Below are positions 34,126 through 45,946 of a stretch of 64,000 nt of DNA, piece by piece. Within the stretch, counting starts at the first letter, position 1; each line of letters begins with the position of its first letter. Made by a program: the position numbers and the translations under genes. Under the pieces are notes generated by a model, which saw nothing but the letters and a program-made list of their open reading frames with translations, had not been told where the DNA came from and made no database searches. Source of the stretch: Psilocybe cubensis (Eukaryota); the NCBI GenBank assembly GCA_017499595.2, contig CM039009.1:1426001-1490000 (forward strand), given 5' to 3'.

Positions 34126-35354
34126 GGATCACTTAGCATGAAATCCTCATCAACCTCGACACACCGAATTTCCTCCTTATCGCCATCGGGGAGTGCATCG
34201 TAGCACTCTAGTACCGCTCGAGCGCGTTCAAGTTTGGCGCGAGATTTCTTCTGGAAGTCGAGATCTTTGGGCTTAGGGCAGGAGCGCATGAAGTGGCCGA
34301 AGGCACCACAGTTGAAACAGGGTAGAGACGCGCGAGTGTTCTGGGGGGCACTGACAGTGGAGGGAAGGGATGCATTTGGGGCGGGAGTGGTCTGGGGCAG
34401 GGGAGTTGTGTTTCGCAAAGCGGAGTTGGTCGTAGTCGAGGCAGAAGAAGCGGAGTTCGGTTTCCAAGTGGGGTTCCAATTCGCACGATGCTTCGAATTA
34501 ATAGTGGCGTCGCTCTCACGCAGTCTATGGTCCATAAGAATGGCAGCACTCTTCCATTCGGCAAAGGTAGTCATCTCCCTGTGCGTGCGACCGATTTCGG
34601 TGAGGATCCGCTCGTTGAGAGCCTGCTTGAAACATTGTATTAGCGACTCGTCATTGAACTTTGAGCGAAAAGCCAAATCATCAAAAATAATGATGAACTC
34701 TTGAGCGGGGAGAGAGTCTTGCTTGATAGACATAATCTCCCGGCCTGCGCGCTGCTGGATGTAATGGTGGAGGAAGGAATCCCTCACGCGCTGTTCAAAA
34801 TCGGCCCAGGTAGTAACGACGTATGCCCCGGTGTCCATCTGATCGATAATTTGATTGCGCCAGATGGCAGGGGCACCCGTTTTGAAAGAACTTAGTGCAG
34901 TGCGGACTTTAGCCTCATCGTTTTTGTAGGCATCCGGATCCGAGTGAAAGAAGTTACGCCAGGACGCCAAAAGGTCTTCGACAGCACCAGAGGAACCGTC
35001 GAACGCACCCGGAAAAGGGACTTTGTAGCTGCGGGAGTCGTGACGACACGATGGTTGAGGAGGGGGGTGTACAGGTGCAGGTGCGACCGTTTGGAGTTGT
35101 GGTAACGCGAGAAAAGAGCGGAACATTGTTTCGGTTTGAATGCGTGAGAGTTCCAATATGTCTTTCATTGATTCCCTGCTCGCTTCTTGATTGGCTTTGA
35201 TGAGTGCAATGATAGCGGGGTCGACACGCGAGTGCGGGTCGCGGGTACGGCCACGTTCACCTGTTCTGGCGGATTGAGCGTCGCCAGAATCATCGTCATC
35301 GCTGCGGCGTGGGGAGACAGATTTTGATTTACCCTTAGCTTTAGGGCCCGGCAT
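34101..35354 (-). CDS. gag: Gag protein with CCHC zinc knuckle
   Basis: FDGS..VEDLL..W, AKVRTALS..TGAPAIW, WADFEQ, IKQ retrotransposon-gag motifs; CFNCGAFGHFMRSC knuckle. Confidence 0.95.
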   Translation of the reverse strand: MPGPKAKGKSKSVSPRRSDDDDSGDAQSARTGERGRTRDPHSRVDPAIIALIKANQEASRESMKDILELSRIQTETMFRSFLALPQLQTVAPAPVHPPPQPSCRHDSRSYKVPFPGAFDGSSGAVEDLLASWRNFFHSDPDAYKNDEAKVRTALSSFKTGAPAIWRNQIIDQMDTGAYVVTTWADFEQRVRDSFLHHYIQQRAGREIMSIKQDSLPAQEFIIIFDDLAFRSKFNDESLIQCFKQALNERILTEIGRTHREMTTFAEWKSAAILMDHRLRESDATINSKHRANWNPTWKPNSASSASTTTNSALRNTTPLPQTTPAPNASLPSTVSAPQNTRASLPCFNCGAFGHFMRSCPKPKDLDFQKKSRAKLERARAVLECYDALPDGDKEEIRCVEVDEDFMLSDPDFVFCVE

Positions 35355-35483
35355 CGCAGAAAGAATATAAGGATACCAAGAAGAAAGAGAATAAGACGTG
35401 TAGGGGAGGAAACAAGAGAAAAAAATAACAGAGGAGTCGAGTATATGCGCGAAAACAGTGTAAGAAACGGAATATATGCGCTT

Positions 35484-36104
35484 TTAATTTTGGAATTCAA
35501 GTTCGGGGAGGCTGTCAGGGGTGGAAGGACGAGAGGGGAACAGAATATCTGCTTGTTCGCGAAGACGATTCTCGAAATCAGAGAGCAGAGCGGGATCCAA
35601 GGACAGAGACGAGCAGAGATGTTCAAAGTCTAGGCACAGTGCGTTATGGCGTTCCTGAAGTTCAAGGATCTGGTCAGCACGGGCTAGAAGACAGCGGCGT
35701 TGGTTCTCAGCGGCAGTCAAGAGCTCGGTTGTACGAGAGATTTCAGCTTTGCAATCAATTACTGCAAGAGTGAGGTCACGAAGCACGTTGAAAGATTCGC
35801 CTTTGTCAGAAGCAAAACGAAGAATATCTTCGTGTGCTAAAAGATCGCCTTGCAGGGAAAAGAGGCGCCAGGCGAGACGGTCGCAGATGTCGGTGCAAGA
35901 TGCAATGTCACGTTGGAGAGACGAGGGGAAAGGGGTGCAAGTTAAGGTAGACAGTTTGGCGAGTGGGGGGAAAGTAGAGAAAAGGGGTTTTGGTTTGTTG
36001 TTTAGTTCCTTCTTGATGTTAGGAGGAGACCCTACGGACGACGGAGAACGAGAAACGAGAACGAAACGTGTTGATGGGTGAGTGAACAAAGAAGGAACTG
36101 GTGT
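35484..36104 (-). CDS. Extra ORF upstream of gag (ORF0), predicted helical/coiled-coil, no AUG
   Basis: Stop-free from 36104 to 35484 (about 206 codons; 201 aa from TTG at 36089). Heptad-like LRDLTLAVIDCKAEISRTTELLTAAENQRRCLLARADQILELQERHNAL. Confidence 0.45.
   Translation of the reverse strand, partial: TPVPSLFTHPSTRFVLVSRSPSSVGSPPNIKKELNNKPKPLFSTFPPLAKLSTLTCTPFPSSLQRDIASCTDICDRLAWRLFSLQGDLLAHEDILRFASDKGESFNVLRDLTLAVIDCKAEISRTTELLTAAENQRRCLLARADQILELQERHNALCLDFEHLCSSLSLDPALLSDFENRLREQADILFPSRPSTPDSLPELEFQN
36004..36014 (-). other. Self-priming primer-binding site AAGAAGGAACT (Tf1-type)
   Basis: Starts 2 nt after the 5' LTR, lacks TGG, and is exactly complementary over 11 nt to AGTTCCTTCTT inside the LTR (36099-36089). 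Confidence 0.85.
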
Positions 36105-36197
36105 CTATGTAGCTACTGAGTCCGACTAAGTAGCTACGGGCGTGTGACTCAAGCACGTGTGTGTGTCTACTGTTAGAGTAGGGGAACTACTCTAACA
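36017..36197 (-). repeat. 5' LTR (181 bp)
   Basis: Identical to 29742..29922; on the element strand it is followed by the PBS-like 11-mer. Confidence 0.97.
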
Positions 36198-37643
36198 ACT
36201 TCGCGGGTAAAACAAGCACTAATATTGGACAACGTGGCTAAAGCAATATCTCACAATCCTAATCTGACCTCCATTGATGTATGCACCATTCGACAATATG
36301 GGCACATGGCCGATAAATCTCAAAGCTTCCATCAGCTTTTTAAGTATTATCCCACTTCTGCTTCGCCTCTGCGCCTCCGAAATTTGCGCCTGCAAGCCTG
36401 TCTCACGCGTTTTGACGAGATAACAATGCCACACCTTGTACACTTAACCTCCTTGATCCTGCTCGACGTGGATGATCCTTTCAGCGGCAATCACTTGGTG
36501 GAGACAGGTCAACACTCCAATCCAGACGTTTTGGCTCTATTCAAAGAGAGAAAACGCTATGGATCGTGTACAAAAGACATATGGAACGCATTGACCGCCG
36601 CTCGGGTCCGTTTAGAGAAAATTGTTATCGATAATATACCCCAATCTTTCCTCGATTATCTCTTGTCATACTCGGGGCTAAAAAAATTGTGCTTGATTTA
36701 TCCTGGCTCAGTGCATAGTGACTTTTCCGATGGGAAAGCTTCCGACGCCATGGCTGCTCTCCTTTTTGAACAATCGCTGAGCAACCACGCCAGGTCGCTG
36801 GAAAATCTCAATATATACGCGGCCTGGGAAGGTCTTTGGTGTTTTGGGGGCCATAACCGTAATGCCATCTCAAATCTTACAAAACTGAAGAATCTTGGTA
36901 TGAGTGTTAGATCATCGGACTTGTGGAATTACCGCGATAAAAGAAAGGACAAGAACTCTCTTCCCAAACGAGATCCTATAGTGAGTGCTTTGGGGTCATG
37001 ATCAAATAATATAATTATTTACTACCCTTTGACATTATAGCACGATCTCTTAGACATGACGGCACACTATATGCCAGATATTACAACTATTCGGATAAAT
37101 CCGGCCAGAAGGCGTCGAACTGGACCTAAGCTAATAAGACCTAAATCCCGATCTGGCGAAAAAATCAAAGACAGTGTGGAGAATTATGAACCTCCTCCCG
37201 GTTGCAGGCATATCCGAGCAATGAACATTGACTCTGGGGTTACCATATATGTTGGGGGGACGCATTCAACCGTTTAACAGTGACAAGAACTTTGCAAAAA
37301 GGGATGATGACCAAGCTCAAGAATCTGGCATCCTGATGTATGTTGCCAGAATTACGAACGATTAAAGGGCAGTGATTCTAAGTACTGGTGGTGGAGCGAT
37401 CCTTTTGATTGGGTGTGAGTTATGTATTCTGATAGCACATTGTCGAGAAATGCAGAATCATAAAAGCGCCTGTCTAGAACTGGTTGATGGTCTTTTGAAA
37501 TAAATTCTTGGTCATTTCAGACACTTGACATGGATGAAAATATTCCACGTTGAATCTAATAATACAATTGGTGTCCATATATACAGTCCGAATACTAATA
37601 TTACAACTTGAACATGTCAGTCTAGGTAGAAACATACTATCCA

Positions 37644-39355
37644 TCATCGTATCCATTCAATTTGTGCCCTTGTACGCCATGAAGGCTGCTCAAACTCAAA
37701 ATCTTCAGGATATACAGATGTGAAGAGATCCATGGTCGTACTGCGCCTGCTTGAATTGGAGCCAGTAACACTACCTGTTGCCTTCAATCGCCTTCGATTT
37801 TGGAATATCAAAAGCATCACTCGATTGGCGAAAATGGAATGGAGGATACGCTGTGCAGGTATAAAAATGATTCTGTAATGCACCTGTGCCGAGGAATCGA
37901 TCAAGGATGAGCTTATATGTACCCAAGAGAAGTTGAAACAGCGCTTACGGGTGCACTGAGGACTACTATCGCATTAATTAGGCTTAGCCCTGCAAGTCAA
38001 AATATGATGTCAGTCATTGCAAGTATGGTATGTATAGGCTGCTTACCAGCCATGCATACACAAAAAACTATCCCGTTTTTGTACAATTGGCCTACCCACT
38101 GTGGGGAAAATTCGGTCACTAACATTTTTTGCACGAAGAGTTAGAATTACTTTCTCAAAGCCCATGAGATCCGTACTTACTGTGATAGTTCGCCCTAATC
38201 AAGGTCAGGACAACAATGGCTGCAGCACCAGATCAGAAGTAAACTTAGGAGTGCAAGGAACTGCACATACCAGTTTCTCCGATAGTGACAATTAAAAACA
38301 GAACAAACATGCCTAGGCGGTCATTTTTGTCGTATGTGATGGATGCCAATGTACATTTAAAGTCTTCTGGTAGGAAAGGGACCCCAGGTATTGAGAAATC
38401 CCGAGTCTTAACGTGATATAGGTAGGTTTTCCAACTTGTGACGGCTAGCATTGAACCAAAGAGAATCTTCAAATTTGGTTGTGGGTAATTATTTCGGCAT
38501 ATTCATGTTGAATACCACTTACGGTGACAATCGGTGTTAAGATATATAATATGAGACGGCGGCGGCCCCATATCGCATATGTTCGAAGGATAATGACGGC
38601 TGTAAAACCAAAATTCATATTTAATGAGACCATTGACTGTCATCTTTTTGCAGAGAAAATGCTCGGTACTTTGGGAAGTTATCAGGCCAACCGTAATAAG
38701 CCCTTGTAATGCATGTTAGATAATGGTCGAGGAAGAGAATATACGAATGACAGACTAACAAAATGCTGTCGGGAAATTGAATTTACACTCCTGGTTCATA
38801 TGGTACGAAATTTAATGTGCGTTTTGTTTGAACTACCATATGACATACCTTGGCTGACAATGGCCCTGCTAGAACCGCTGAACATGTATAACAATTAGCG
38901 CAAAGCAATAAAATACCAAAAAATTATGCTCACGACGCAAGAAGATAACCAAATCGAATAACGGCAAGTATCGATTAACATAGAATAAAAGCACCCCAAA
39001 AGATAGTTCACATGTCCAAACGTCACTGATCTACAGAAAAGTCATCATCAGGCTTGACTTACATACAGTGTCACTCCAGAACATGACGAAAATACCTCTA
39101 TTTCTAGAGTACTGAAATAATCGCAAAACTAGTAAGCATACCACAGACGTCAGCCGCACCGAATGCCCAAGGTTGTATGAAAAGAAATCATGAGCGCAAT
39201 CAAAATGGACAAGTTCACGGAAGAGAAAAATGGCCTACCATCAATGTATAGCTGACAAACCATATGTTTGTGGTGGTCCTCGCAGGGATAAGGGATGAAA
39301 GCAAATTGAAAAAGTTGGAGGAGAAACCGGTGGATACGGGTGCCGTGTGAGACAT
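37644..39355 (-). CDS. DUF6533-type multi-pass membrane protein (paralog of 14535..17699)
   Basis: MSHTAP...WFVSYTLM / CDYFSTLEIE / ILRTYAIWGRRRLII / WVGQLYKNGIVFC / PAQRILHSIFANRVMLLI...RAQIEWIR*. Confidence 0.78.
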
Positions 39356-40703
39356 GACTTCAATTGCTTTGATGACTTCAACGGTTTTAGCCGAGTCGAC
39401 GTCCCAGTCCAAATTTTGGAAAGGGCGTCTGCAACTGATAAAACTCTCAACGCAAGTGGTAGGACGGGGAGTTGGGTATACCGTATCTCTTGTGCTCGAA
39501 AGCTTTTGAGTTTTCCTCGATTCCACCCTGGAGACAGGGTTGAATAAGTCCGGGAATGCCATACTTCCGGGACGGCTGTCTCCAGGCACTCGGAATGCAA
39601 CGAAGTGAGCGTCAGGCCGTTGAACTTTTAAGTGTTTAAACATAAGGCATTCAAGGCCGTTATATTTTTTAACCATACTCTGATTATCATTTTGATAAGC
39701 TTCAGAGTCATAACTTCTAATAAACCAATATAGCTATCGTTTCAGTGACGTGAATTTGCGCACATCCTGCGAGCCGGTGTGGTTAAGTTACCCTGAAGCT
39801 ACTTACCATAACTTGCCTGTCGCCGGTCACCTGTGTGGCTATCTCGGACACCTAAGTATAACCTAAGATATCTTTGCCTAGCAAATGTAAGCACTATTAC
39901 TAAGAATCAGATATCTTTCTTACTGGTGGACGGAAAAACTTAAGGCACCTTCATCGTACGAAATCAAGGGGAAAGAAGGGGAAAGGAGAGTGAAAAGATA
40001 TCAATCGAAGCTTTTGCCCAGAACGACGCTGACGGTTGACTTTGGCTTACATCTTCCGATGCCAGGAGGCAAGAGCGGCTCGGGCGACGTGTTTCATAGA
40101 ACACACCATGAATGCACTGTGTGGTCATGATCTAAAACATGATTCACAAGGTACAAGTGTACTGTTTCGATAATAAGCGCTCAGTACAAACAAAATACCA
40201 AGAACGAATATCATCAGAGCGTTTTACGAAATACGTGTATTTCCGCTGGATTTTAATTGTAGTACGAGGCAATAACGAAAACGGGCAAATTGCAGCCGTG
40301 TAGTAATCCCGGGTTGACTGAAGCTTGAAGCTTGAAGGTTTTAGCTTGTGGGAGATTGGTATGATGTTACAGGAGGTTACGCGTCACACCAAAGGAGCCG
40401 GGTTGACTTCAGGGCACAATTCTTATTGGATACATTTGTGGACGGCGTGCCTAAGCTCAAGACGCACCCATAACAGTGACAAGCGGCAGCCGCTGATCGA
40501 GAAAGACGGTGCTTTGACGGACATTCAAAGTTTTATGTTCAGTTTTAACTTTTAAACTCAAAAAGGGTTTTGACACCCTGGCCACACCATCCTCACTATC
40601 CCGCTTCCACGTCATATTATATCAAACAATCGACTTAATACATGCAACTACTGCAATACGCTGTGGAACGCACATTAAACTATCGTTTGCTTTTAATCTG
40701 CTA

Positions 40704-41817
40704 GCCTATCCAGTGTCCCTGACCAGCCCAAATGGTCTGATCGATTAAAAACTTGTCCAAAGCAGACAATCTTTCGAAGGTTGTCAGCCAAGGCTCGCCA
40801 GTAAAGTTCTTTAAGTTGCTAGTGTTTCTCCAAAAAATTTGCCCATTGATATGATGACCCAGCTCCAGTTCATTATTAGATTCTTTCAATATCTCACGCA
40901 CTTTTTTGCATTGGTCAAGGTCTTTTGCCTCAGGAAGCAAGCGTCACAATCGCAACCCACGTCGATTTATGAGTCATCTGATGTGACTGGTCCAATGGAG
41001 CAGGTGCTTTCTCTTCCTTGCCTGCATTATGTGTTTCTCTGACTAGTCCTACTGGACAGGGGGCCCTGGAGGCCCGAAGTCAAAATAGAAGTAAGCCTAC
41101 GTCGTGGTATTTGACAATTTTTGCCATTTACTTGAAATAGGTATCGTTGAAGCATCAGAATATGTACAGCCAGCTCCTCGTGGTAAAGGGGTGTACTTTC
41201 TTTCGACTTCAACAATTGCAGAAGAGGACTCTCCTGTCATTCTACCGTGGCGAGTAGACTCGAATCTGTCGAACGGTAAGAGACGCACTTCGACTAATGA
41301 ATGCGAAGCAGCGCTCATTCCTTGTGATGACCCGCTATGGCATGTAGACAAGGATTGCAACGAGACTCAAGAACATTCTTCCCAGGACATTTCTTCTTTT
41401 GCTAAAAGCATCTATGACGACTCGTCGCTATGCGGCCTTTCTTTCATGCTTGACTCCGAAGGTGAAAGCTACGAGATAGACGACAACAGCTATGAGATTT
41501 TACCGGCCGGCTTACCAGAAGTTTCCTTAAACGACGACTCGCCTTCCCACTGGGCGGAACCAGTTGGTTCAATTTGGAAAAACGAAGTTGCCACCGCGAT
41601 GAATGCTTTCAGGTCGTGCCGCGTGGATCACGATGATATCGTCACCTTCCGGGATCGTGATGAAATTGAGGTCGCACAATCATTTGTTGGCGGATCGAAG
41701 GAAACAGATCGACTCGAGGAAATAAAAAATTGGCGAAACGACTTCATCGCAACGGATGAAATCAACACATCTTCTTCCGCTGCGGATTCAATTACCTTTT
41801 GCTTTCGTTTTCCTTGA
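40704..41817 (+). CDS. Hypothetical protein with an acidic C-terminal exon; 5' exons uncertain
   Basis: 237-aa ORF 41104..41817, plus candidate short upstream exons bounded by TAG/GT sites (~40704-40800, ~40880-41003). No family recognised. Confidence 0.5.
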
Positions 41818-42198
41818 ACACCCTTTTTCCTTTGATTTTGCTGTGTGAACTGCACTGCGTTCGTTCTTCTGGTTATCTTCATAATCGTTTAAAGCGTTTC
41901 CTGGTGGTACTATCTTCTTGTTTAATGCTATCTGTCGCTATCAAATTTTGTCACCACCGATAGCACTCACTTAGATACAGTTCACCAAGTCTTGTGGATA
42001 TCTGGACTCTGGCCTCGCGTCGATCATTTGAGTTTATCACACGAAAGGTTCCAGAACAAGATAATGAGCGAATAGTCGATCGAGTACAAAATGAGGTCGT
42101 CATGGCTGTTACTCGTAACAACGCTTGATCAACTCTTCTGTCTGTTTTATACAGACTCGAGATATTTCGACCATCTTCACTATCCTTCACTATCCACC

Positions 42199-43324
42199 AT
42201 GCAGCGGCCCAGCGTTGAGATTCAGGCCGTTATCAAAATGGCCCATTCATCGGCCTCACCCGACATCCAAAAGGCTGCTATCAATAAATACTTCACGTCC
42301 GACGCTGGTCTCCGTCATCCTCTTTATAATGTTAAACCTGGTTTTCTGTCTCGGGAAGGAGTTTTGGGAATCTATCAGTGCGTTTTCTATTAGGCGGGGC
42401 ACAGAATTTTGGCATATTGATCGTACATGCAACTACAGGTGGGAGAGAGCACTCGCCCCAAAGATAGACGTTGATATTCGGGATGTTGGCAAGTTCGACC
42501 ATTTCACCTCGGTTGGATCTTTCATCTAACGTCAGACGTTCAAAGTTTTCGACAGACTTCGTGGCATGGTCTACGTAGATCTCTCTCTGTTATTGCATGT
42601 TCGCCTTTCCCCTTTCAAACCTGTGCCTTTTCGGTGAGTGCTATGCAGTGCAGAAGCCGTGTCTGAAACTGACAATCCTGAACAGGACGATGTCACGCTA
42701 TACTCTCCGCATGATAGACGGTCTTCACTATATATGTATGCAAGAAGATTTTGCCCACCCAGACGTGAGCCTCATACACCTGTTTTTGGGGAGTCTCGCT
42801 GAAGAACATGACAGGATATGGCTGCTCTTATCCTTCCACCTTTCACTCCCATGATCAAATCGCTTTTGTCGCTCAACACCATGGTGTCCATTGTTTGGGG
42901 GAAGTGGGCCCAGGTATTCGGGGTTTGGCGAGCACCTTTAGGCGTGGACCACGTCCCAAGCCAAGATATAGCCACCATACCCGCTAGACGCCGCTCAGGC
43001 GAAAGCAGACTACGACAGAAAGAGAGACGAGAGCATAACAGGTCCATAAGGCGAACGCCTCCGTTGACACCGCCCGAACTTGAAGATAGTACCTTCGTTG
43101 GCGACGACAGCTATAACGCAGATTTTGACATTTTCGAGAGAGAACCGTTTATCATCGAGCCAGAGGAGGGGATCGCCAATTGGTTCAGACCACCGGAGAC
43201 GGTACTGGATCGACCTTTGCTAAGAACGAACGGCAAGAGATTCAGCGACGATTTGCGAAGCATGACTGCATTTGCATCGTTTGTAGTACCACCAGAAGAC
43301 ACTCCAGGATCTCCAAAGAAATAG
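42199..43324 (+). CDS. Fungal NTF2-like (SnoaL-fold) domain protein, 5 exons
   Basis: MQRPSVEIQAVI...DIQKAAINKYFTSDAGLRHP...REGVLGIYQW...PKIDVDIRDVVFD...HYICMQEDFAHPDD resembles a conserved fungal NTF2-like family (from memory). Confidence 0.65.
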
Positions 43325-43577
43325 GCCAGATTTTCAGGCACTTTTCAATCCCTTCATTACGACTTTTTACGCATAACGAGCAGCTCGTCAAACAAACTAG
43401 AAGATAGACTTAATATGTTGTATGTCCAAATTAATATAATTATGTTTTGTAGAAAAAACTGCACCTCAGGTCCGACCAGGTTCCGACTCCCAAAACAACC
43501 ATTTCGGACAACGTTGCTTCGGCACACGCACCCAAATAGTCTAAAAAAGCCAAAGTATTGAGATTCGCAATGCGTCT

Positions 43578-45351
43578 TCAAGCAAAATCCCATGTTTTGA
43601 TGGTCGAGTCGAAGGAAACTGGTTTAGAATGTTTTTTATGTCTAGCATGTCGACCAAAATCATCATCAGAACCCTCGTCCGACGATGAGTAATCGTCAGT
43701 AAAATGGCGGGCGCCAGAGACAGATACTAGCTTAGATTGGAAGGGATGGAAAGCTACTGAGCCAACCGTATCTAGAGCGTGGGTTGAGCTTTGTCAATGA
43801 TACTATCCAACGAATAGAAGGGATGAACCAACCTTTATGTGCTTTGAACGTCAAGCATGGTCCATCCACTTGTATACTTTGTGAATGGGAGTCGGATAAG
43901 TCATCAGTACTTGTCCCATCGCCTAGATCAAATACGGATATGTTTCCGGCCTGAAAGGTCGAAGTTGAATATGAAGTATCGTAATTAAGGGTTTAATAAC
44001 CAACCTGATCACCTATGCTGAGTTTGCGTCCAGCTGGGTCAATGTCAAAACGTATTCTTTGATTTGTTCGGGATTGGTGAACATTCGGCAATGACGTAGA
44101 AGCTCGAAATATTTTCATCGGGGCGTGTACATTGGATCGAATATCCCAGCTATATACTAAACCACTGCCTTTTCCGCGATATGACGCATACATGATATTA
44201 GGCTGCATCGGATTGAATTGTAGCTATTAAAAATGGATAAGCTTTGTCACGAAGGTGAAGAAAAAAAATCAACCTGTGTAACGCCCGCTTGTGGCCCTCC
44301 TCCGATGAACATTACAGGCTCGGAGCTCACATCACTGAACAATGCAATATTATTCTCCGTCGGTGAAAAGCTCCCAGCAGCATAGAAACATTCTTCGGGG
44401 CTGTATGAGGGACAAAAAGCAAGAGACGATATGATTCCTGCGGTATTCATTGAGATGAAAAGCATCACGTTCTTCGGGAGTAAAAAATACCTTTCAGACC
44501 ATCTTTGCTTTTCTTTGAAGGAGTTGTATGGATCCGGGTGCCCTCTCCAGGTCGGGAGAGGTCAAACACCTCGATAGCATCTTCGAATCCGCAATACAGT
44601 CTATGCAAACGGTTACCGAGGGGGATTTGCACCGAGTTGAAACACGAACTTCTGTGCTGTCAAATTGAAAGAAAGGCTATGTGGGCCTATTTGCCTTTCT
44701 CGATGATCAACTATTCTGTAGGATGCACGGAGCTAATTCAGTGACAAGTCAACACAAGAAATGACAGCAAAATAAGGGGAGTGGGCACTTACTCTGCCAT
44801 CGGATGCATCCAGAAGTTTTACGGGACATTCACGGACAGATGCTACAAAGCAAAATGAGGCTGGATCAAGAGAGGTTGTTGATGGATACCACAGAAAATC
44901 TAGAATAGGTGCCGCCTGTTTGAATTGTCGAACAGGTGTAGACGTGCACTGGACTGTCGTAATTTTAGCATTGAGATCAGAGATATAACGTGTAATTTGC
45001 CTGTTTGTGTTGAATCATTTTTCGGCGACCTGTGATGTTTTCAGTGAGCATATGTCGACACGGACCTATCAGAAAGTAGCACCTACGACGGATCAAAGAA
45101 TTGGAAAGTATGATCCTCGCATACTGCAAGGATAAAAGATCCGTCAGGACACCTTGGTGAGATAATAGACTCGTTGAGCACAGCATGTGTTATGCAAGAG
45201 GCAAATCCAGTAACCATTTAGCAGATCGAGGGAAATTTCCGCGTGACGAGGCTGTTTCGGATTCAGGGCCAGTGCTGAAGGTAGCACATAATCTGGGGGG
45301 TTTTGATGTATCGTATTCCGCTAGTGACCAGTCCTGGTTTGAATTTTCCAT
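43578..45351 (-). CDS. WRAP53: WRAP53/TCAB1 (WDR79, Swt21-like) WD40 protein
   Basis: NFPRSAKW; APILDFLWYP...FCFVASVRECPVKLLDASDGR; IVDHRERQIGPHSLSFN; LYCGFEDAIEVFDLSRPG; KGIISSLAF; WDIR; TNQRIRFDID; VGSVAFHP. Confidence 0.85.
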
Positions 45352-45946
45352 GATATATGTTAAGAATGTCGCTTTAATTTTCGTCGCAGGTTGAAGTTAG
45401 GAAAGCTCAGTCGCCAAAGTTTCGTGTCTGTCGTGGTTGAAAGCAAGTCGGCAGATCCACGTGATCCACCTTGATCAAGAACCAATTTTTAACTCTGAGG
45501 CAAACATCCCACAACAGGCCCCTAAGTTCTTCAAAGTCGGCATTTGTTTTCCTACCACCACCATGGACAAGGAAAAGGTTTTGCATGATACACTTCACCT
45601 ACTTTTCACACTTAATTAGACTAACTGAGTGAGTTCTACTTAATTTGGGCATAAAAGCTGATAAGAAGCGTATCACAGTCTGGCGGTCCCGAACTTATTG
45701 AATGATGGCGGGATTTAAGCCCATTTGTGCAAACGCGCCCCGACATCCCGCCATCACCATCAGATTCTGACTCGATCAAGTGCCTTGCGGTTGTCACCTT
45801 TCACTTACCGATTGGCCACGAACAGGCCCGCGCCATTGCCGCAGACGAGCGTCGAGTGACTCGAACGTGCCCTATTAATAATTCTGTCTCTATTTAAGCG
45901 CGTTCTTCACCATCGTCCAACTATCAACCTTCATCTCACCTCAGAT

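Larger units (their letters stand above)
29742..36197 (-). mobile_element. Full-length Ty3/Gypsy (chromovirus, Tf1/sushi-type) LTR retrotransposon, 6456 bp
   Basis: Identical 181-bp LTRs (TG..CA), 5-bp TSD ACTTC at 29737-29741 and 36198-36202, gag plus pol in PR-RT-RH-IN-chromo order with no stops. Confidence 0.98.
27776..37277 (+). pseudogene. F-box-like/LRR-type gene interrupted by a TIR DNA transposon and a Gypsy element; otherwise intact
   Basis: Removing each insert plus one TSD gives MINSSALLSLAPELSNRIGME/LEAADVKQLRLTCKE...NNMHE|GVRKLEAL...ISTQNTS|RVKQALILDNVAKAISHN...EGLWCFG with no stops or frameshifts, colinear with 25051..26976. Confidence 0.88.

Noticed and set aside
30414-34895. 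Many alternative-frame and antisense ORFs inside gag/pol
   Set aside because: Expected shadows of a GC-rich coding region; no motifs seen.
39356-39676. N-terminal extension of the track ORF 39215..39676
   Set aside because: Alignment with the paralog at 17699 supports a start at ATG 39355. The upstream part has no counterpart.
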